From NCBI GenBank assembly GCA_002269645.1, contig NIVC01000286.1, forward strand, positions 248,001-312,000: a DNA stretch of 64,000 nucleotides, written 5' to 3'. Both the position numbers and the translations under genes were made by a program. A model generated the notes under the pieces. The model did not search any database. It saw nothing but the letters and a program-made list of their open reading frames with translations, and was not told the DNA's origin. Source of the DNA: Macrostomum lignano (Eukaryota). Of this stretch, positions 1 through 12,685 are shown one piece after another (the stretch's first letter is position 1; each line of letters begins with the position of its first letter).

Positions 1-1295
1 AGTGCTCTACGATATACCCATTAAAGCTTGAGACTATGCATAGATAATTAGTATCAGCAGTGTTGCTTTTCTGTTTGATTAGTATTGTAACTTAATTATC
101 AATTGTACTGCCGGTTTCATCAACTGGGTTGACGAAGTGACCAAGGATTTGGGGTTGCCTTAGTGGTAGTTGATGAAGTGAACAACTTTTTTATTTATCC
201 CACGATTGGCCGGCTGACAGTGACCCGAGACGAGTGTCCGTCTCAATTTGTGGACAAGTTGACGAAATGATTAGGATTCCTTTTAGTTAGCCCACCCCAC
301 CGCCAGTTTCTCTCTCCGCGTCGGCCCCAGCCCCACCCATGTTTTTCTACCCCCTCCCTGGAGTGAGCATGGAAGGAGCTATAGGCTAGGCGGGGGTGGG
401 GGGGGGCAGGACTCGATTGGTCCGTTGCCCGACCACCCCACCACCCCACCACCGCCTTGCATTTTTCTACCCCCCCCCCTCACGCTAAAATGATGGCTCC
501 TGATGGCTGCCTCGTGATTGGCTAATTCTTTTCTGCCATCTACTGCTAACACAGCTAAATCACACAGCTAACATACCAAAGCAATTGTGGATTGCTTAGA
601 GTCTAGCTCAAGTTAAATAATTATTGATAGAAATACGAAATAAGAGCAATTTTCTGGCCATTTTAAAGAAATTTTATCCAGACTCAAAAGATTCTTTTGT
701 GGCCGTTTCCACACTTATTTTAACTCTAATGTAAAGATACATGCTAAGTAGGGGTGTATCGATGATAAAACGTGGGTGAGCAGTGTTACGTTCGACGAAA
801 AAGAATTGACGCAAAAATCCATACAAAGCCGTCCCATCGTTAAAAAATTAGCTTCATTTGATAGCAGCGTCAAAAGCTTTTAACTATACGAGTCACGTTT
901 GTTCACGAGATCAAAAAGTTGAATTCGTTCATCAAGTTGATTTGGTGAAGCCCCTGGTGCGCACTTGACCGTGCTTTTTCATGGATTTTTCATGACATGT
1001 TTTCAACAGCAGTTTTTTCTTAATCGACCGCTTCCATTCCAGTTGCTGTCAATAGCAGTCCATGTGGAGCGGCACAAGTTGTAAAGAATACTTGACTAAG
1101 AATTCTTTCTAGGGAAAAACATCAATTTTTCGGCAGCCAATCCGCGCTGCCTGAAATGCCTAGTTGAGATGTGGGAAAAGGAAGACGGGTATCAGAGGAG
1201 GTGGGGGTTACTCTCGGCCTGATAAAGTTGTTGTCAACAACCCAGTCTTCTCGACCCAGTTTTAATTCCGTCTGTCGCCCAACTTAACCGAAGCA

Positions 1296-3047
1296 ATGTC
1301 GCTAGCCGACTACGAAAAAGTACTCTACCGCGACTTCGCGGAATACCGAGCCTACAAATGGCTCTGCTGGGTCGGCAGCCCGACTCTGTTCCTGCTTGGC
1401 TCCGTTGGAAACTGCCTGCTCGTCTGGCTGCTAATGCGAGGTCCCAGAAGGTGCCGAGCAGCTCAGCAGTATCTCATCCCGCTGGGAGTTGTTGACCAAC
1501 TAGTCCTGTGCTCCGGCCTGTTCAACAAATGGTTGCAACAAATGTTTGGCGTCAACATTGAGACTCTATCGCTAGCTACTTGCCTTGGTAACAAGTTCTT
1601 AGCGTATTTCTCCAGCTACCTGTCAGCTTTCCTGCTCAGCCTCATCTCTATTGAACGCGCCCTGGTAATGAGTTTCCCATTGAAGACGGCCAGCCTGCAG
1701 TCGCCGAAACGAGCCCGTCGTCTCATTGCCGGAGTGACGTGCCTGAGTTTCATCGTCAACTGCTACTGGTTCGCGGTGCTGGACCTGTCGGACTATCAGG
1801 TTCTGCCAGACAGCAGCAACAGCAGCAGCGGCAAGCCCGATGAGCCAACTATGCTGCCGATCTGCGACATCAAACAGTCCGCCTCTCACCTGAGCGGCCT
1901 GATCAGCGTGTTCGATGCCGTGCTGTATTCGATCCTGCCGGCTGCCGTCATTTTCAGCTGCAATTTGATTACAATTAGTAAATTGTACGGCGCTCGGAAG
2001 AGGCGATTAAGGAATTTGCAGCAGGGCGAGGAGTCCAAGCTGAGGCTGAGGCTGACCGCGTCTGGAGGTGAGTGGCCTGTTTTTCTGAGGTGGGTGTCGG
2101 ATGTTTGAATCTCGAAGGGCGGATCCTCTTGTCATGATGAGGCGGATCATTGAGTCATAATGAGAAGGATGTTTGAGTCATGATGAGGCGGATCATTGAG
2201 TCATAATGAGGCGGATGTTTGAGTCATTATGAGGCGGATCATTGAGTCATAATGAGGCGGTTGTTTGAGTCATTATGAGGCGGATCATTGAGTCATAATG
2301 AGGCGGATGTTTGAGTCATGATGAGGCGGATCATTGAGTCATAATAAGGCGGATGTTTGAATCATGATGAGGCGGATCATTGATTTTAAAGTGTAAAACT
2401 CCTGTTTATGAAGTCCGTGTATCTTTGGAAAAAGTCCGTGAGCACAATCACTTTTTCGACGAACCGCTCATTTCCGCATTCGACCAGACCCTATGAGGCC
2501 GAGTCTGGACCGGTCGCCGTCTTGCTATCGCAACAGATCGCTCTCACGCTCCAGTCAAGAGAATTTCGGTCACGTGACAGCCCTCCTGCTGTCAATAACT
2601 ACCTTCTATCTGTTGGCGTCGATGCCTGTTACGGTGCTGAAGGTTCTAACGTCGCTGTCGGGCTACGTCGATCTGGAAGAGCTGACTAAGGACTTCTCCA
2701 GCTACTCAAAGTACCGCCTAGTCGAGGTCGTGACCCACCTGTGCATGTTCAGCAACCACGCGGGAAATTTCTTTCTGTACTGCGCCTCCGGCAAACGAGT
2801 TCGAAGCCAACTGCTAATTCGAGCTCGGAGAATATTCTGCTGCCAGCCTGACTCAGTTGTAGTCAACAAGAACATCAACGCCGCGATCAGGTACAACGTC
2901 AATAATAATGCACTGCATCATCAGTTGCTACCGGACATTGCCTGCAACAACGCTATCGAACAAATATCGCCTGCTGCTGTGCTGAGCTACTCAAGATCGC
3001 CTCAAGTTGTTAGGGCTGTTTTCCGACAGCCCGCTGAGATTAACTGA
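1296..3047 (+). CDS. Class A (rhodopsin-like) GPCR, FMRFamide/peptide-receptor-like; 2 exons (1296-2067, 2488-3047), ~443 aa
   Basis: Seven hydrophobic segments, including TM1 GxxGN (GSVGNCL), TM2 VVDQL, TM3 ISIERAL (DRY variant) and TM7 FSNHAGNFFLY. Donor GAG|GTGAGT at 2068 and acceptor CCAG|AC at 2487 are both phase 1; the joined 1332 nt are in frame and end at TAA 3045-3047. Confidence 0.9.
2137..2383. repeat. Intronic minisatellite, 23-bp units alternating as a 46-bp dimer
   Basis: ATGAGGCGGATCATTGAGTCATA alternates with ATGAGGCGGATGTTTGAGTCATG, ~11 units. Confidence 0.95.
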
Positions 3048-3162
3048 CTGATTGATTTATTAATTGTATTTTGCCTAAACGTTGTCAGCTGTTTTGCGAA
3101 TGAACGGTCAGTCTTAAAATGGCACATATGCTTGCAAGTACACAGGGTGACATGAAATTCAT

Positions 3163-3489
3163 TTCTACAGAGTGACATCCTTGTCTACAGAGTGACATCT
3201 TTGTCTACAGAGTGACATCTTTGTCTACAGAGTGACATCTTTGTCTACAGAGTGACATCCTTGTCTACAGAGTGACATCCTTGTCTACAGAGTGACATCC
3301 TTGTCTACAGAGTGACATCCTTGTCTACAGAGTGATATCCTTGTCTACAGAGTGACACCCTTGTCTACAGAGACATATCCTTGTCTACAGAGTGACACCC
3401 TTGTCTACAGAGACATATCCTTGTCTACAGAGTGACACCCTTGTCTACAGAGTGACATTCTTATCTACAGAGTGACATCCTTGTCTACA
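3163..3489. repeat. 20-bp minisatellite
   Basis: TTGTCTACAGAGTGACATCC, ~16 copies. Confidence 0.95.
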
Positions 3490-4052
3490 TAATCTAGCTA
3501 TGTATCTAAACTTCACAATGTAACCATCATGTATATTTCACATCTTAGAACGAACCATCCAACCGTTTTACTTTAGACATGCACTGCTTAATGGCAAATT
3601 TTCCAGCATAATGCAGTATATTTTGCTGACAAATCAGACATCTAAAGGTGTGTTTAATTTGTCAAAAACAGATTTTTGGTCACGCAATTTCCGTGCTTAG
3701 GCAAGAAAATCGCTATGTTGTAAGAACAAAGCGATTGTGATTTGGAGCAATAAAGAAATCACATCTAGTACGAGGGTCCGATAAGTTGTAACGTCTAGCC
3801 AGGGTGCCAAGGACGTACTTTAGTACATGTACGAGCGTACCTGCTATTTAATTCCATAATTCCGGCTAAGGTTCGAATTAGTTTTGGAATAAAAGCTACT
3901 CGTAGCCGCTATTGCTACGCATTTCGTTGTTAAAATAATACGATTTTATTATTCGCAAAGGAACTAAAAAAGTGGCACTCTTAAATTAACGATTTTGTTT
4001 ATATTTAGCAGCAACCAGAAATTGATGAGAACAGAACAGCATTGATTGAATA

Positions 4053-4126
4053 TTACTAATAATAATAATAATAATAATATTACTATGAATAATTATAATA
4101 ATAATAATATTAATAATATTAACAAT

Positions 4127-4174
<48 letters not shown>

Positions 4175-4177
4175 AAC

Positions 4178-4231
<54 letters not shown>

Positions 4232-4234
4232 AAC

Positions 4235-4291
<57 letters not shown>

Positions 4292-4294
4292 AAC

Positions 4295-4345
<51 letters not shown>

Positions 4346-4363
4346 TATAACCATCATCATCAC

Positions 4364-4416
<53 letters not shown>

Positions 4417-4423
4417 CCATCAC

Positions 4424-4468
<45 letters not shown>

Positions 4469-4471
4469 AAC

Positions 4472-4522
<51 letters not shown>

Positions 4523-4529
4523 AACCATT

Positions 4530-4576
<47 letters not shown>

Positions 4577-4579
4577 AAC

Positions 4580-4618
<39 letters not shown>

Positions 4619-4648
4619 AACCATCATCATCATCATCATCATCATAAC

Positions 4649-4714
<66 letters not shown>

Positions 4715-4819
4715 CACCATCACCATCATCATCATCATCATCATCATCACCATCATCATCACCATCATCATCACCATCATCATCATCATCATCACCATCA
4801 TCATCACCATCATCATCAC

Positions 4820-4869
<50 letters not shown>

Positions 4870-4884
4870 ACAACATCATCATCA
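4053..4884. repeat. Compound microsatellite (AAT)n then (CAT)n with AAC/CAC interruptions
   Basis: Read directly; it explains the poly-His, poly-Met and poly-Asp ORFs. Confidence 0.98.
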
Positions 4885-5404
4885 GCGTGACAGTCAGATT
4901 TGCCGTCTTTTATCGGGAAACTGCAACAACTAAAAGCAGCAATTTCACATGCGATGAAAAGCACTCAGTTTCACTCGGGATTATTTTTCTAGTCATAAAA
5001 GAAGCCAAAGTCAAAGGAAACAAGCGAGGTTTTAGGAGTGGGTGGGGCCACTGTTTACTTGCTCACGGCCAAGTGCCCCAACTAATCCGATTGCTTTCGA
5101 GTCGTCAACAGGCGATGCACAAACTGCTATTCACAATTTTCTCCGGTTTCTTTTGCAGCATGAATTTCAAACTTTCACATTGTGACAATATTTCACACCT
5201 GCTCGTACCAGTAGTTCGGTAGAAAGGAAGATATTTTTAACTTTTGCTCGACCTTTTTGGGAATTTTATTAAGCTTCTGATATTTTCCCGACATTGTAGT
5301 GTTTCAAGAGCCTCAGAAAGATGTTTTTAATGAAAGAGGCAGGCAGTTAGGCTCAGGCAGATGGCAGATTGTCAGTGTTAGTGACAATGCCAGGTTGTTC
5401 AATA

Positions 5405-7686
5405 AACTGAAGCAGATTTCTCTATCAACAGGGGCAGATTGTCTGATCGACAGGGGCAGATTGTCCCATCAACAGTGGCAGATTGTCCCATCAACAGTGA
5501 CAGATTGTCTGATCGACAGGGGCAGATTGTCCCATCAACAGTGGCAGATTGTCCCATCAACAGTGGCAGATTGTCCCATCAACAGTGGCAGATTGTCCCA
5601 TCAACAGTGGCAGATTGTCCCATCAACAGTGGCAGATTGTCCCATCAACAGTGGCAGATTGTCCCATCAACAGTGGCAGATTGTCCCATCAACAGTGGCA
5701 GATTGTCCCATCAACAGTGGCAGATTGTCCCATCAACAGTGGCAGATTGTCCCATCAACAGTGGCAGATTGTCCCATCAACAGTGACAGATTGTCTGATC
5801 GACAGGGGCAGATTGTCCCATCAACAGTGGCAGATTGTCCCATCAACAGTGACAGATTGTCCCATCAACAGTGGCAGATTGTCCCATCAACAGTGGCAGA
5901 TTGTCCCATCAACAGTGGCAGATTGTCCCATCAACAGTGACAGATTGTCCTATCGACAGTGGCAGATTGTCCTATCGACAGGGGCAGATTGTCCCATCAA
6001 CAGTGGCAGATTGTCCCATCAACAGTGGCAGATTGTCCCATCAACAGTGGCAGATTGTCCCATCAACAGTGGCAGATTGTCCCATCAACAGTGGCAGATT
6101 GTCCCATCAACAGTGGCAGATTGTCCCATCAACAGTGGCAGATTGTCCCATCAACAGTGGCAGATTGTCCCATCAACAGTGACAGATTGTCTGATCGACA
6201 GGGGCAGATTGTCCCATCAACAGTGGCAGATTGTCCCATCAACAGTGACAGATTGTCTGATCGACAGGGGCAGATTGTCCCATCAACAGTGACAGATTGT
6301 CTGATCGACAGGGGCAGATTGTCTGATCGACAGGGGCAGATTGTCCCATCAACAGTGGCAGATTGTCCCATCAACAGTGGCAGATTGTCCCATCAACAGT
6401 GACAGATTGTCTGATCGACAGGGGCAGATTGTCCCATCAACAGTGGCAGATTGTCCCATCAACAGTGACAGATTGTCCCATCAACAGTGGCAGATTGTCT
6501 GATCGACAGGGGCAGATTGTCCCATCAACAGTGGCAGATTGTCCCATCAACAGTGACAGATTGTCCCATCAACAGTGGCAGATTGTCCCATCAACAGTGG
6601 CAGATTGTCCCATCAACAGTGGCAGATTGTCCCATCAACAGTGGCAGATTGTCCCATCAACAGTGACAGATTGTCCTATCGACAGTGGCAGATTGTCCTA
6701 TCGACAGGGGCAGATTGTCCCATCAACAGTGGCAGATTGTCCCATCAACAGTGGCAGATTGTCCCATCAACAGTGGCAGATTGTCCCATCAACAGTGGCA
6801 GATTGTCCCATCAACAGTGGCAGATTGTCCCATCAACAGTGGCAGATTGTCCCATCAACAGTGGCAGATTGTCCCATCAACAGTGACAGATTGTCCCATC
6901 AATAGTGGCAGATTGTCTGATCGACAGGGGCAGATTGTCCCATCAACAGTGGCAGATTGTCCCATCAACAGTGACAGATTGTCCTATCGACAGGGGCAGA
7001 TTGTCCTATCGACAGGGGCAGATTGTCCCATCAACAGTGGCAGATTGTCCCATCAACAGTGACAGATTGTCCCATCAATAGTGGCAGATTGTCTGATCGA
7101 CAGGGGCAGATTGTCCCATCAACAGTGGCAGATTGTCCCATCAACAGTGACAGATTGTCCTATCGACAGGGGCAGATTGTCCTATCGACAGGGGCAGATT
7201 GTCCCATCAACAGTGGCAGATTGTCCCATCAACAGTGGCAGATTGTCCCATCAACAGTGGCAGATTGTCCCATCAACAGTGGCAGATTGTCCCATCAACA
7301 GTGGCAGATTGTCCCATCAACAGTGGCAGATTGTCCCATCAACAGTGACAGATTGTCCCATCAACAGTGACAGATTGTCCCATCAACAGTGACAGATTGT
7401 CTGATCGACAGGGGCAGATTGTCCCATCAACAGTGACAGATTGTCCCATCAACAGTGACAGATTGTCCTATCGACAGGGGCAGATTGTCCTATCGACAGG
7501 GGCAGATTGTCCCATCAACAGTGGCAGATTGTCCCATCAACAGTGACAGATTGTCTCATCAACAGTGGCAGATTGTCCCATCAACAGTGGCAGATTGTCC
7601 CATCAACAGTGGCAGATTGTCCCATCAACAGTGGCAGATTGTCCCATCAACAGTGACAGATTGTCCCATCAGCAGTGGCAGATTGT
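5405..7686. repeat. 22-bp minisatellite, ~2.3 kb
   Basis: GGCAGATTGTCCCATCAACAGT with variant GACAGATTGTCTGATCGACAGG, ~100 copies. Confidence 0.98.
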
Positions 7687-7879
7687 TCTATTGAAAAATC
7701 AGATTTCAGTCAAGTTAATATTCAATAAAAAATATTGAGTTGTCATCTCATTACTGGATATATTAGTCAAAAAACGTAGTAAAAAGCAAAACGCTGAATT
7801 TACCTACTCGTTAGTAGACAGTTTAGCGACTCATAACCAAAAAGGGCCTTTTGGGTCATATCCAACAACCCAGGGCAGA

Positions 7880-8680
7880 GGAAAATGTAGAGAAAGGATA
7901 GGTAGAGAGGGAAAGGTACATGTGGAAGCGCAAAAGAGGTAGAGAGGGGAGAGGGGGAGATGTAAAGAGGGAGAGGTAGAGAGGGGAGGGGTAGAGAGGG
8001 GAGGGGTAGAGAGGGGAGATGTAAAGAGGGAGAGGTAGAGAGGGGAGAGGTAGAGAGGGGAGAGATAGAGAGGGGAAAGGTAGAGAGGGGAGAGGTAAAG
8101 AGGGGAAAGGTAGAGAGGGGAGAGGTAGAGAGGGGAGAGGTAGAGAGGGGAGAGGTAGAGAGGGGAGAGGTAGAGAGGGGAAAGGTAGAGAGGGGAGAGG
8201 TAAAGAGGGGAAAGGTAGAGAGAGGAGAGGTAAAGAGGGGAGAGGTAGAGAGGGAGAGGTAAAGAGGGGAAACAGATAAAGAGGGATAGGTAGAGAGGGA
8301 GAGGTAGAGAGGGGAGAGGTAGAGAGGGGAGAGGTAAAGAGGGGAGAGGTAAAGAGGGGAGAGGTAGAGAGGGGAGAGGTAAAGAGGGGAAACAGATAAA
8401 GAGGGGAGAGGTAGAGAGGGGGGTTGGTAGAGAGAGGGGGGAGGTATAGAGGTGAGAGGTAGAGAGGCGAGAAGTAGAGAGGGGAAGGTAGAGAGGGGGG
8501 AGATGTAGAGAGGAGTATAGGTAGAGAGGGGGGAGAGGTAAAGAGGGGGAGTGGTAGAGAGGGGAGAGGTAGAGAGGGGGAGAGGTAAAGAGGGGGAGAA
8601 GTAGAGAGGTGGACAGGTAGAGAGGTGGATAGGTAGATAGGGGAGAGGTAGAGAGTGAGAGGTAGGCAGCAAAGGTAGAG
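7880..8680. repeat. Purine-rich ~15-bp repeat
   Basis: GTAGAGAGGGGAGAG and variants. Confidence 0.93.
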
Positions 8681-9199
8681 AGGCAAGAATGTGAGAGGTG
8701 AGAATTCGACAGTACAGAAGACACAGAAAAGTGCAGAGAAGGCGGGGCAGATGGCAGAAGTGCCTGCATGCTTGGCATGACCCGCTCTAACGAACGCACT
8801 GACGAATCAATCGCTCGCATCGGGGAGGTTCGGGTAAATCTAATAAATTCCAGACCGAAGGCAAGTGCTGACTGCCTGGCAGCCAATCAATCTTAATAGA
8901 ATAGTGCGCTTCTTTTGAATATTGGACTCTTTTGTTAAGCGAAAGAAAAAGTTCAATTAGATTTTGCTGTATAACCTGCTGGTCATAAATTACTTTAGTC
9001 AGTCAGTCTTATATAAAACTCTTTTTCTCTTTTTTAGGGCAGGCCGCTCAACTATTGACCGTATTGAAGGCCTATGGAACTGGTTGGCTGAGTGGCCTCT
9101 GGCAAGAGAGTCTGGGCTTAGCTGTGTGGATTCGTTTATATCGAATTTTGTTGAATGTGTTTCAGTGCTAAGGCGCCAGTTTGAACAAAATTAAACATT

Positions 9200-9570
9200 T
9201 TCAAGCCAGATTAAACATTTAGGCGCCAAACTATATGTTAAGGCGCAAAATTAAACATTTAGGCGCCAAAATATGTGTTGAGGCGCCAAATTAAACATTT
9301 AGGCGCCAAATTAAACATTTTGGCGCCAAATTAAACATTTAGGCGCCAAATTAAACATTTAGGCGCCAGATTAAATATTCAGGCGCCAAACTATGTGTTG
9401 AGGCGCCAAATTAAACATTTCGGCTCCATATTGGACATTTTGGCGCCAAACTATGTGCTGAGGCGCCATATTAAATATTTAGGCGCCATATTAAATATTT
9501 TGGCGCCAAATTAAACATTTAGGCGCCAAACTCTGTGTTGAGGCGCCAGATAAAAATATTTCGGCGTCAA
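9200..9570. repeat. 20-bp minisatellite with GGCGCC core
   Basis: AGGCGCCAAATTAAACATTT interspersed with AGGCGCCAAACTATGTGTTG. Confidence 0.93.
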
Positions 9571-10189
9571 AACGCAAAATATGTCTATTTGAGCCTTTTT
9601 AATTTAGGTTTCCATTCCAGATCCTCTGTCTATAATAGTAGTCCATGCCCATGCCCAGGGGATCCAAATAAGGAGAAAACAAGGGAGGAGGAAATGGAGG
9701 GCAGACTAAAATAGTTGTCGCCAAACTCTCCCATCGACTGAAAAAACACAGACTGGGAAGAAATCAATGGGAGCAATGGGAGGCTGGACAGATCCCCAGG
9801 CTAAGGACAAAGGACTGAAGCGAGTGGGCGAGGGCAGAAACTTGAAATGGGGTTTATGTTGAAGGGCTCAGGCAAGAGAGAGTGCAGGAGACGATCAGAA
9901 GAACCAAGGAAGCGTGTTAACTATTCTACCTGCCGATATGCGTAGAGCGGCTATAACTAAACGCGAGTGAACACCTGTTTGCGAGACTTCAGAATGAGAC
10001 TTGGGAAAAAACGGATGGAAGAGGTGATAAAAAACGAGAGGGGGAGAAGAGAGGGAATGGGGGACGCTGGACCGCGAGAATGAGCTGCATCGTGAGTGGC
10101 TTCGCCATTTAACAGCCGGCCGAGTCATGGACGCTTTTAACTATAGAGATCTGGTTTGGAAACCTCGATGAATAACAGAGGAGCCCACC

Positions 10190-12370
10190 AAGAGACAGTG
10201 GCGCCCACCGAGAGACAGGGGCGCCCACCGAGAGACAGTGGCGCCCACCGAGAGACAGGGGCGCCCACCGAGAGACAGTGGCGCCCACCAAGAGACAGTG
10301 GCGCCCACCGAGAGACAGTGGCGCCCACCGAGAGACAGTGGCGCCCACCGAGAGACAGTGGCGCCCACCGAGAGACAGGGGCGCCCACCGAGAGACAGGG
10401 GCGCCCACCGAGAGACAGTGGCGCCCACCGAGAGACAGGGGCGCCCACCGAGAGACAGTGGCGCCCACCAAGAGACAGTGGCGCCCACCGAGAGACAGTG
10501 GCGCCCACCGAGAGACAGTGGCGCCCACCGAGAGACAGTGGCGCCCACCGAGAGACAGGGGCGCCCACCGAGAGACAGGGGCGCCCACCGAGAGACAGTG
10601 GCGCCCACCGAGAGACAGGGGCGCCCACCGAGAGACAGTGGCGCCCACCGAGAGACAGGGGCGCCCACCGAGAGACAGTGGCGCCCATCGAGAGACAGTG
10701 GCGCCCACCAAGAGACAGTGGCGCCCACCGAGAGACAGGGGCGCCCACCGAGAGACAGTGGCGCCCACCGAGAGACAGGGGCGCCCACCAAGAGACAGTG
10801 GCGCCCACCGAGAGACAGGGGCACCCACCGAGAGACAGTGGCGCCCACCGAGAGACAGGGGCGCCCACCAAGAGACAGTGGCGCCCACCGAGAGACAGGG
10901 GCGCCCACCGAGAGACAGTGGCGCCCACCGAGAGACAGGGGCGCCCACCAAGAGACAGTGGCGCCCACCGAGAGACAGGGGCACCCACCGAGAGACAGTG
11001 GCGCCCACCGAGAGACAGGGGAGCCCACCAAGAGACAGTGGCGCCCACCGAGAGACAGGGGCGCCCACCGAGAGACAGTGGCGCCCACCGAGAGACAGGG
11101 GCGCCCACCAAGAGACAGTGGCGCCCACCGAGAGACAGGGGCGCCCACCGAGAGACAGGGGAGCCCACCGAGAGACAGGGGCGCTAACCAAGAGACGGGG
11201 GCGCCCATCAAGAGACAGGGGCGCCCACCAAGAGACAGGGGCGCTAACCAAGAGACGGGGGCGCCCATCAAGAGACAGGGGCGCCCACCAAGAGACAGGG
11301 GGGCCCACCAAGAGACGGGGGCGCCCATCAAGAGACAGGGGCGCCCACCAAGAGACAGGGGGGCCCACCAAGAGACAGGGGCGTCCATCAAAAGACAGGG
11401 GCGCCCACCAAGAGACAGGGGCGTCCATCAAAAAGATAGGGGCGCCCACCCAGAGACGGGGGCGCCCATCAAGAGACAGGGGCGTCCACCGAGAGACAGG
11501 GGCGCCCACCAAGAGACAGGGGCGCCCACCGAGAGACAGGGGTGCTCACCAAGAGACAGGGGCGCTAACCAAGAGACAGGGGCGCCCACCAAGAGACAGG
11601 GGTGCATACCAAGAGACAGGGGTGCCCACCAAGAGACAGGGGCGCTAACCAAGAGACAGGGGCGCCCATCAAGAGACAGGGGCGCCCACCAAGAGACAGG
11701 TTCTACCCACCAAGAGACAGGGGCGCCCACCGAGAGACAGGGGCGCCCACCGAGAGACAGGGGCGCTAACCAAGAGACAGGGGCGCCCACCGAGAGACAG
11801 GGGCGCCGACCGAGAGACAGGGGCGCTAACCAAGAGACAGGGACGCCCACCGAGAGACAGGGGCACCCACCAAGAGACAGGGACGCCCAACGAGAGACAG
11901 GGGCGCCCACCGAGAGACAAGCCCACCAAGAGACAAGCCCACCAAGAGACAAGCCCCACCAAGAGACAAGCCCACCAAGAGACAAGCCCCACCAAGAGAC
12001 AAGCCCCACCAAGAGACAAGCCCCACCAAGAGACAAGCCCACCAAGAGACAAGCCCACCAAGAGACAAGCCCCACCAAGAGACAAGCCCCACCAAGAGAC
12101 AAGCCCCACCAAGAGACAAGCCCACCAAGAGACAAGCCCCACCAAGAGACAAGCCCCACCAAGAGACAAGCCCACCAAGAGACAAGCCTCACCAAGAGAC
12201 AAGCCCCACCAAGAGACAAGCCCCACCAAGAGACAAGCCCCACCAAGAGACAAGCCCAACAAGAGACAAGCCCCACCAAGAGACAAGCCTACCAAGAGAC
12301 AAGCCCCACCAAGAGACAAGCCCCACCAAGAGACAAGCCCACCAAGAGACAAGCCCCACCAAGAGACTGG
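10190..12370. repeat. 20-bp minisatellite grading into a 17-18-bp unit
   Basis: GGCGCCCACCGAGAGACAG(T/G) from 10190 to about 11915, then CCC(C)ACCAAGAGACAAGC to 12370. Confidence 0.97.
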
Positions 12371-12685
12371 GGCACCCATCTAACAGCCGGTGGCGCCCAC
12401 TCAGACCTCCAAAACAAGCTCCCATTGGTACAAGCTGACTGAAGTCGACATCCCCCTTTTTGCATCATGACCTGCAGTTTCTGTTCAAGTTCTAACTCCA
12501 GCACTCCATGACTTCGGCCTCACCCCATTTTGATTGGTTGGCGCCTGCACTCAATACAACAGTTTTTATCTCTGCATAAGTACAGGAAACCCGTGGGCTG
12601 ATTCTAGAAACTTCACTAAAAATCTTCTCCTAGAAGAAGAGCACAGGCAATCCAGCAGAAAGTTCATCGGTCCCTAGAAGCCGCA

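Noticed and set aside
113-953. Possible MITE: GTTGAYGAA motifs in both orientations and a hAT-like end GGTGAAGCCCCTG at ~941-953
   Set aside because: The left TIR match is weak and no TSD was found.
5405-7686. CRISPR-like appearance of this and other regular arrays (also 22936-23353 and 61631-61794)
   Set aside because: Units are contiguous with no unique spacers, there are no cas genes, and the context is eukaryotic.
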